Below, one piece after another: positions 57,138-64,000 of a stretch of 64,000 bases of DNA (the stretch's first letter is position 1; each line of letters opens with the position of its first letter). Origin of the DNA: an uncultured Bacilli bacterium (lineage in GTDB: Bacteria > Bacillota_I > Bacilli_A > RFN20 > CAG-826). The notes under the pieces are model-generated. The model was not told the origin of the DNA. It saw only the letters and a list, made by a program, of their open reading frames with translations, and ran no database searches. A program made the translations under genes and the position numbers. Location of the stretch: the NCBI GenBank assembly GCA_944376605.1, contig CALWDE010000007.1:23759-87758 (forward strand), in the 5' to 3' direction.

Positions 57138-57338
57138 ACTTCTTATAACTCCTTCCGCCTTACAGAAATCTCTGCAAAGAGAGCGGTGAAATCCTACTAT
57201 TCTTTTAAAAGAATAGCAATCATTCTTTTTTTCTTCATATCTTCTTTCTTTAAGGGTAGAGAAGAAAGCCTAATAGGAACTATTAGAGAAGAATAAATTT
57301 CTAGTTGATTTTTGCGATGAAGAAAGGAAAAGTCTAAG

Positions 57339-58372
57339 ATGATTCTAGGAGAGTTATTTATGGCAAAAGAAAAAATCATCCATGCTGGTAAGGGTGGAGA
57401 TCACTACATCCCTTATGAAGAAAGAGAAGGCAAAGAATCTATTGTCTTTTTCACAAGAGATTTATCCGCGGAAGGATTAAGAAAAATCTATGCAAGAATA
57501 AAAGACACTTTAGAAGGAAAAATTGCAGTCAAACTACATACAGGTGAGCCTCATGGCCCCAATATTATCCCAAGAGATTGGGTGAAATCGCTTTTTGAAC
57601 ATGATTTAAAAAACGCCGCAATCGTTGAAACGAATACATATTATGAAGGCGGAAGATACGTGACAGAGGAGCATCGTAAAACCATTGACATTAATGGCTG
57701 GAATTTTGCTCCAGTTGATATTTTAGATGAAGACACGGTTATACCACCTTCCCTATCCATAATGGAAAGTGGTTTGAATGTATGGCAGTAGGCAAAAATC
57801 TATCAAACTATGATTCATTCTTAGCTTTGACACATTTTAAAGGCCACACAATGGGTGGATTTGGCGGTTCGAATAAAAATATTGGCATTGGCTGCGCAGA
57901 TGGAAGAATTGGGAAAAGCTGGATTCATACACACCCTGGCGCAGAGAATATGTGGAGTATTTCCGAAGAAGAATTCATGGAAAAAATGACCGAATCCGCA
58001 AAAGCTACCATCGATCATTTCAAAGGACATATCGCCTACATTAATGTGATGCGTAATATGTCGGTTTCCTGCGACTGTGAAGGAGTTGCAGCTGCCCCTG
58101 TAGTGACGCCAAATGTTGGCATTCTTGCTTCGCTTGATATTCTTGCTATTGATCAGGCATGTATCGACATTGTCTACGCCATGAAGGAAGAAGAACATCA
58201 TGACCTTGTAGAACGTATTGAAACAAGACACGGCCTTCGCCAATTAACTTATATGAAAGAACTTGGAATGGGTAATGACCGTTACATCCTTCTTGATATT
58301 GATCATGACGATGACAGAATCTTGCCATCCGATGCTGTAAAGGACTTAAAACCATTTAAAGAAGAAAAGTAG
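57339..58372 (+). pseudogene. DUF362-like protein split by a -1 frameshift near 57745-57750 (two ORFs 57339-57791 and 57782-58372)
   Basis: The second ORF frame stays open 54 nt upstream of its ATG. It reads FPIHNGKWFEC-MAVGK...THFKGHTMGGFGGSNKNIGIGC, which continues the N-terminal module of the first ORF. The frame switch falls in ccaccttccc. Confidence 0.45.
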
Positions 58373-58411
58373 GTTATTACAAATAACTCTGCAAATCAGG
58401 CTTTAAATTAC

Positions 58412-58450
58412 AAAAAATGGTTGTTCTAGTTTCCTAGGACAACCTTTTTT
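58412..58450. terminator. bidirectional intrinsic terminator between convergent genes
   Basis: GGTTGTTCTAG-tttc-CTAGGACAACC hairpin (one mismatch) flanked by A6 and T6. Confidence 0.65.
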
Positions 58451-58466
58451 ATATGAGAAATGTCTT

Positions 58467-60209
58467 TTATAAAACCGCAATCACTCCGTCTGAGCAAGTT
58501 ACTTGGCCGTTGAGTAAACTGGTTCCAGAATGCCATTCCCCTGCGCTGCCATGAAGATCAATTTCACTCCACTCAGCGATTGTACCTTCATAAATGATAT
58601 GAAGTTCTTTGGGAGTAGTAAGCTCCGTATACATGGAGGCAAAAGCTGCATTAATAGAAGTAACACTTGTAGGAATTACTACAGTATCCACGTTTCCTAC
58701 AAATAGGAAAGCATCAGGGCCAATTTCTACTGTGCCGTCAAGGACAGAGTAAGTCGTATCTGCTTTGCCATAAGAATAGCTAATCAGAGTGCGATTCTCT
58801 GCGAGAGAATATAAAACATTATCTCTGGCCTCAAAATGCGTGTTCCCCGAGGCAACAGTAAGAGTATCTGCAGCATAACCAATAGAAACAATACCCGCAA
58901 AAGGGTTGTTACCAATCTCTACTACGCTAGAAGGAATGGTTACTTGCTCGATTGCCGCAGAAGCGACAAAGGCACTATTACCAATTGCTTCTAACCCTTC
59001 ATTTAAAGCAAGGCTTGTTAAATTAGAGCAGCGCGAGAAGGCACTATTACCAATCCTTCTTAAACTAGAAGGAGTGACTAAGCTGCGGATTCCCGTCATA
59101 AAGAAAGCTTCTTCTCCAATTTCTACTAGACCTTCAGAGAAAGTAATAGAAGTTAAAGAGCTTGCTGTATAAAAGGCCCAGTGAGGAAGCATTTGAATAG
59201 TGGAAGGAAGATGAACGCTTGTTAGATTGGAAGCATAGAAGGTTCCCTCACCAAGCTCTTCTACTCCTTCTGGTAAGATAACAGTTTGGAAAGAATCCGT
59301 GTTACGGAAGGCGTAAGCACCAATAAGACGCAAAGAAGAAGGGAAAGTTGGAGTTCTTAACCCTCTAGCATCATAAAAGGCACTATCACCAATACTTACT
59401 AAAGTGTTAGAAAAAGAAATATTTCTTAAGCCAGAACAGTCTTCAAAAGCGTGATTTGCAATCGCAGTTGTTCCTTCTTTAACTGTCACTTCGCGTAAAG
59501 AAGATGCAATTGGCATTCGTATTAATACGTTATCTGCCGAATATAAGATGCCTTCTTCTGAAACAAAACAGAGATTCTCTTCATCCACTAAAATAGAAGA
59601 TAAAGACATTGCCGCAGTAAAGGCATTTTCATCTACTTCGCGGATATTTTTACCAAGAAGAACAGAGGTGACATCAGTGTTTTGGAAAACATTTGCCCCT
59701 AAAGAAACCACTTCCCGTTTAATTCCATCTTCTCCTGTTACCTCATCTGGAATTATGACAGGATCAGGAATACGAATTGAAGGATGATAGAGAGAAACTT
59801 CCACCTCTTCCTCGTTCAAAATAGTGTAATCAAAGACATCTTCTGCTTGTAAAGGGATAAATACAGCATGAATCAGATTTAAACCCTCTTCTGCCACAAA
59901 AGTGAATGTTTGATTCACGCCTTGAAGAAGATTGCCATTTAAAGCAAGACTTTCTAATTCATAACGAGAGCCAGGATTGGCAATTAAAGTAATGGTGTCA
60001 CCTGGCTCCACTACATCATCAAAATTTTCTTCTGTTACAGCAGTTCCGTCAAAATAGAGAGAAAGGTCTCCTTCTCCTTCAATACTCACACGCAAAGAGA
60101 AAGATTCTGTTATTGAGGAGCTATGAGAAGTAGTACTTCCTTCTCCCCCTCCACATGATGCTAGGAAAAGAGGAAGCACTAAAAGAGGGATAATGTAACG
60201 AGTCTTCAT
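58467..60209 (-). CDS. BspA-type leucine-rich-repeat surface lipoprotein
   Basis: Lipobox LFLASCGGGEG. Multiple ~23-aa LRR_5 units (IGDSAFYDARGLRTPTFPSSLRLIGAYAFRNT..., IGNSAFSRCSNLTSLALNEGLEAIGNSAF). Confidence 0.7.
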   Translation of the reverse strand: MKTRYIIPLLVLPLFLASCGGGEGSTTSHSSSITESFSLRVSIEGEGDLSLYFDGTAVTEENFDDVVEPGDTITLIANPGSRYELESLALNGNLLQGVNQTFTFVAEEGLNLIHAVFIPLQAEDVFDYTILNEEEVEVSLYHPSIRIPDPVIIPDEVTGEDGIKREVVSLGANVFQNTDVTSVLLGKNIREVDENAFTAAMSLSSILVDEENLCFVSEEGILYSADNVLIRMPIASSLREVTVKEGTTAIANHAFEDCSGLRNISFSNTLVSIGDSAFYDARGLRTPTFPSSLRLIGAYAFRNTDSFQTVILPEGVEELGEGTFYASNLTSVHLPSTIQMLPHWAFYTASSLTSITFSEGLVEIGEEAFFMTGIRSLVTPSSLRRIGNSAFSRCSNLTSLALNEGLEAIGNSAFVASAAIEQVTIPSSVVEIGNNPFAGIVSIGYAADTLTVASGNTHFEARDNVLYSLAENRTLISYSYGKADTTYSVLDGTVEIGPDAFLFVGNVDTVVIPTSVTSINAAFASMYTELTTPKELHIIYEGTIAEWSEIDLHGSAGEWHSGTSLLNGQVTCSDGVIAVL

Positions 60210-61717
60210 GCTCCAATAAGCCCTTCTAAGGTTGTATTACCAATCTGTGAGAAGGTAAGAAGCACTTCACCTGTTCTCATCTCACCCATTACGTTATCAA
60301 TTGAACTATAAGAAATAATAATATCCGCTAAACTGCCATTTTCATTCACATGAACACGAACGCTAGAGATATTCTCTGTTCCTTTAATTTTGAAAGGTTG
60401 ATTTTGCATTAAGAAGCAGCCATTTAAAGCAGAAGAGTTTTCTGTGGAAATAAACGCGCCTTCTCCTTCTTTTGTAAAGAACGCACCAGAAACTCCTGCA
60501 ATAACAGGGAGTAAATCCGCATAAGTATAAATGCCACTATATCCTTGGGCATAAATAATAGTGCCGTCTTCTAAACTATAACCTTCACTCTTTAGTTCCC
60601 ATTCTCCGCTATCCGCGTTATAGCCATAAGGATATAAGGTAGCATCCGATGCTCCTGCAGTAGCTAAATAATAATCTGTGCTAGGATCAAAATCCGTGTA
60701 GGTATTGCCATGATGATGGACATAAATTTCTTCTCCAGTGAAGCCATATGTAGAAATATCAATGATATCTTCACTTTCTTCTGCCACTAAATCGGTAAAG
60801 GTATAAGTGTTTTCTACGTCCATAATGAAGTTTCCTGCTTCAAAGGCAGCAAAAGCTTCCTCTAAAGGAAGAGTGTCTTCACTTACCGTATTAGGCGATA
60901 AATGTTCAATAGTTTCTTCACCAATATGGGAGAAATTAAACAAAATGGAGTTGGTGACAAAGGTTACTTGTCCGGTGATATTATCGATAGAAGCAACAGG
61001 GCTTAACTCGATAGATAAAGAAGTAAAAGATCCATTATCCACACGAATATAAGCAGAAGTTGGTAAAGCAAAGGCGCCAGAGTTTAACGAATACAGTAAA
61101 TTATTCGAAATCACTCCTGCCTTATCGGCAGAAAGATCATAACGGGTATAAGCAGTAACGCTTTCATTTAAAGTGAAATCTTCTTCCGTGAGAATCGTGA
61201 AGAAATTATAAAAACCGTTGTCACCAAAGGTTAAATTATCGCCGCCCACCGTAGAATAATCTCTTACTACTTCGTTTTTATAATTGAGCCCTTCTTGATA
61301 AGTGAGTCCGTTTTCGTCTTCAAAGAAAGTATATGGTCCCTCTCGGTCAATGGTTACTCCACTCTCTTCGCCATAAGTGTACTTATAAAAAGCGTTCTCT
61401 GTAGCGGAGTTAAAAGCGATATCGGTGTAATAGATATTGGTGTCAAAAGGCTCGCTATCAAGCATAGGATCCCCAGAACCACTATAACTACCCTCATATC
61501 TTCTTTGCGTAATATTCCCGTTCAAACGGAATCCTTTTAATAACGATTGAATATTTGTCTCTAAGACAGGATCTTCAAAATGTTCTCTTTCCTCATCTTG
61601 AGGAAGAGTAGAAGGAAGAGAAGAAGAAAGGTCACTAGAAGAAGTTAACTCTCCTCCGCAAGAAGATAAAGCGAGAAGAGGTAACGCGAGTAAAAGTGCA
61701 TATTTTTTTCCGTTCAT
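60206..61717 (-). CDS. surface lipoprotein, family C paralog
   Basis: Lipobox LALSSCGGE. ATGA overlap with the downstream LRR lipoprotein gene. Confidence 0.55.
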   Translation of the reverse strand: MNGKKYALLLALPLLALSSCGGELTSSSDLSSSLPSTLPQDEEREHFEDPVLETNIQSLLKGFRLNGNITQRRYEGSYSGSGDPMLDSEPFDTNIYYTDIAFNSATENAFYKYTYGEESGVTIDREGPYTFFEDENGLTYQEGLNYKNEVVRDYSTVGGDNLTFGDNGFYNFFTILTEEDFTLNESVTAYTRYDLSADKAGVISNNLLYSLNSGAFALPTSAYIRVDNGSFTSLSIELSPVASIDNITGQVTFVTNSILFNFSHIGEETIEHLSPNTVSEDTLPLEEAFAAFEAGNFIMDVENTYTFTDLVAEESEDIIDISTYGFTGEEIYVHHHGNTYTDFDPSTDYYLATAGASDATLYPYGYNADSGEWELKSEGYSLEDGTIIYAQGYSGIYTYADLLPVIAGVSGAFFTKEGEGAFISTENSSALNGCFLMQNQPFKIKGTENISSVRVHVNENGSLADIIISYSSIDNVMGEMRTGEVLLTFSQIGNTTLEGLIGA

Positions 61718-61726
61718 ATCATTCTC

Positions 61727-63199
61727 CTAGGCAAGATTAATTTCAAAGCTGGGATGGCTATCCCCTAATCCGTCGTAATGAAGCGTGAAGGTGCCACTAT
61801 AACCAACAAAGTCTTCATAAGTAGCTACAACGCGGTCCAGACAGTTATTTTCTTCATCTACATATACTTTCACGTCGTTTACATAACCAGAATCAACCGC
61901 AGAGAAAGTATCAAGAGTAGACATAAATACTTCTCTTGTAATCCATGGCACATTATCGATAGTTGGACTATAAGAACCATCCTCATTTAAGTTGAAAACA
62001 TTGGCATTTAAATATGAAATATCGTAACCAAATTCATCATAAGTTGCGATGTTATCCAAATTCGAATATCCGCTGGAATTAAGAATAAAGTTTCCTGTCG
62101 AGGAATCGAGTTGATAAACGCGGAGTCTACCTCCGGTAACAAGAGGGCGAAGAAGCACATCAGAGGCAGAAGGCGCTGTTGGAGCACTTCCTCCTTCTGC
62201 TAAGGTATAAACTTGGCCGTATATACCCTCTTCCTCCCCCATGTGATAGAGAGCATAGCAAGAATCTTCTCCAACATATTCTCCATTAACACAAGGATGG
62301 AGTTGGCGGGTAAGCGTAATCTCTTTCCCTGTCATATTGGCAATAGCATTGGCTAAAGGAGCGTTTTCTTCCTTTTCTGGTTCTGCTTGAATCACATCTT
62401 GCGCATTAGCAGTCCCAATTTCATCAAAAGTTAAAGTCGCTTCATATTGATGGCGGACATAAGTTTGATAGTAGGGATTAGACGGAATAGATACGGTTGA
62501 AGCAGCGTCATCATCCATATTTTCCGAAACGAGATGCGCACTATGTAAGGCACTTTTATCGAAATCAAAAAGTCTTGTATGGAAAATGACATTACTCTCA
62601 TATTCTTCTATTTGATTGAATAAACTTGAGAATAAAACACTTGTTTTGGTGTGATTAAGTTCAAAGCCATCCTCTACTTGATGGAAATCTTCTCTTACCA
62701 TCATCGTGAAGGGATTTAAAAGCCCGTTGGCGCCATATGGAATTCTGTCTCCGTTGGAATCCAAAGCTAAATCGTGAATAACAACGTTGTCATATCCTAA
62801 ATAATTAAGCGCGGCATAACCGTTCGCGTTATAGGCATTTTCTCCAGAAACATAAACCTCTTCGCCATCTGCATTTAACTCATAGATGCGGCGATCCACG
62901 CCCATATAATCTTCTGAATTTTCAAAGATAAAGCGAACGCGATAGGTAATGCTTTCTGCTTCCAAATTAGCGTCAGGAATTTGATAGGCGCGATCAGAGA
63001 AATAACTTGTGTTGACCGTTAACTCTCCTGTTACTGCAAATCCTTTCCGCAACGCACCTAAAGCATTATTAATCAAAATGGTATTTACATTGCTAGTAGA
63101 AGAAGAGATTAGGCTGCTACTAGCACCTCCATCTCCACAAGCCACTAAAGGCAACGCAATTACCGCGCTACATAAAGCCGTAACAAAAATTTTCTTCAT
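61727..63199 (-). CDS. surface lipoprotein, family C paralog
   Basis: Lipobox LPLVACGDGG. Colinear similarity to 60206-61717 (LLKGFRLNGNITQ / ALRKGFAVTGELTV; FTILTEEDF / FTMMVREDF). Confidence 0.55.
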   Translation of the reverse strand: MKKIFVTALCSAVIALPLVACGDGGASSSLISSSTSNVNTILINNALGALRKGFAVTGELTVNTSYFSDRAYQIPDANLEAESITYRVRFIFENSEDYMGVDRRIYELNADGEEVYVSGENAYNANGYAALNYLGYDNVVIHDLALDSNGDRIPYGANGLLNPFTMMVREDFHQVEDGFELNHTKTSVLFSSLFNQIEEYESNVIFHTRLFDFDKSALHSAHLVSENMDDDAASTVSIPSNPYYQTYVRHQYEATLTFDEIGTANAQDVIQAEPEKEENAPLANAIANMTGKEITLTRQLHPCVNGEYVGEDSCYALYHMGEEEGIYGQVYTLAEGGSAPTAPSASDVLLRPLVTGGRLRVYQLDSSTGNFILNSSGYSNLDNIATYDEFGYDISYLNANVFNLNEDGSYSPTIDNVPWITREVFMSTLDTFSAVDSGYVNDVKVYVDEENNCLDRVVATYEDFVGYSGTFTLHYDGLGDSHPSFEINLA

Positions 63200-63237
63200 G
63201 AAATCTCCTTAAATCTCAAGTAAATTAAATGATTTTA

Positions 63238-64000
63238 TTAAATCGAGTAACCCTCCAAAGCAGGATCGGCAGGCCAATCAAAGGTAACTGTTACATCTTC
63301 AGCAGGCATTGTGAAGGAATAAACACCATAGCCTTCATCTGTGCATGGCACGCCATTAGCATAAACAGCGGTTGGTGTCTTTTCTGCGCTAAAAATAGAG
63401 ACATAAACAGTGTCGCCTTCTGCAGCAGTTTCAAGAGCAGGCCAGCCTTCTGGAGTTCCCATGAACATTACTTCCGCATCACTTGGAGCGTTTTCTCCTA
63501 ATTCATAAGCTAAAGCATACTCTGGAGAAGCTTCCACTAAATTAATGACAATTTCAACATCAGCACTTCCGACTGTAAAAGTGTAATAGGTAATTCCAGC
63601 AAGTGTAGCAGTAGGAAGCTCTTGTCCATCATAAGTAACGGACTCGATTTCATATCCATCATAATTGTGAATGCGGACATAAAGGTATGCGCCTTCACTT
63701 GCTTCAAAGATAGGATCACTATAAACATCTTCATAGAAATCAACCCATATTGTGTCTTGCATGGAGGATGGGTTAGTGGTGTAGTTCAAAGTGTGAGTAG
63801 TTGGAGTTTCCCATTCAATGGTAATAACAACATCTTGATCTGGCATCTCAAAAGAATAAGTGCCATTGAAGCTATCGTAAGGAATTTCGGTAGTTCCGTT
63901 CATATATACGTGCGCAATGGTGACGTTTTCATAAGTGTTAATGTTTAACGTAACCGTATCACCAGCGGACGCAGTAGTTACATACATCCAGTCTACCATG
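63238..64000 (-). CDS. C-terminal part of a larger repeat-containing surface protein (5' end off-window)
   Basis: Two ~50-aa repeats (GDTVTLNINTYENVTIAHVYMNGT...FEMPDQDVVITIEW / GDTVYVSIFSAEKTPTAVYANGV...FTMPAEDVTVTFDW), of the same type as in 41878-44607. No signal peptide at the in-window Met. Confidence 0.5.
   Translation of the reverse strand, partial: MVDWMYVTTASAGDTVTLNINTYENVTIAHVYMNGTTEIPYDSFNGTYSFEMPDQDVVITIEWETPTTHTLNYTTNPSSMQDTIWVDFYEDVYSDPIFEASEGAYLYVRIHNYDGYEIESVTYDGQELPTATLAGITYYTFTVGSADVEIVINLVEASPEYALAYELGENAPSDAEVMFMGTPEGWPALETAAEGDTVYVSIFSAEKTPTAVYANGVPCTDEGYGVYSFTMPAEDVTVTFDWPADPALEGYSI

Noticed and set aside
57197-57379. 60-aa minus-strand ORF in the rpmE / DUF362 divergent region
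   Set aside because: It covers the RBS and start of the DUF362-like gene and has no independent support.
1-64000. Search for tRNA, rRNA, CRISPR repeats, IS/transposase or integrase
   Set aside because: There are no T-loop GGTTCGAATCC-type sequences outside CDSs. There are no regularly spaced direct repeats. No DDE/serine/tyrosine recombinase-like ORFs were seen.

Overview
This window is a gene-dense, low-GC (about 40%) chromosomal segment that looks like a Mollicutes/Acholeplasma-type or Erysipelotrichia-type organism. The evidence is standard stop codons with UGG Trp, strong GGAGG ribosome-binding sites, a ClpB that lacks the N-domain, OppD/OppF ATPases with large insertions, and a very high density of lipoproteins. 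About 18 ORFs carry an L-x-[AGS]-C lipobox followed by a Ser/Thr/Gly-rich linker. Housekeeping genes present are rluA-family, metG, rpmE (L31), rlmD-like and clpB. Three blocks stand out. (1) A tight minus-strand operon from GH2 glycosidase through HAD phosphatase to an 872-aa fused arginine-decarboxylase::agmatine-deiminase protein, followed directly by N-carbamoylputrescine amidase. This is a complete arginine-to-putrescine route with the first two steps fused. (2) An oppABCDF oligopeptide permease operon translationally coupled to a membrane protein and an InhA/M6-like HExxH zinc-metalloprotease lipoprotein. A second M6-like paralog and several paralogous surface-lipoprotein families lie around it (Ig-like/Big_2, BspA-type LRR, InlB-B-like repeats), often in overlapping multi-gene operons. 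(3) A heat-shock regulon signature: CIRCE-like inverted repeats (TTAGCA-N15-TGCTAA) sit over the promoters of both hsp20 (two copies) and clpB. Also present are a flavodiiron protein, an SDR plus flavodoxin/2x[4Fe-4S] pair, a PIN-like protein with a long basic disordered tail, an apparently frameshifted DUF362-like gene, and two unexplained noncoding regions (36112-36529 and 44608-45173). The first of these contains terminator-like hairpins oriented for a plus strand that has no annotated gene. I found no rRNA, tRNA, CRISPR array or recognisable transposase.
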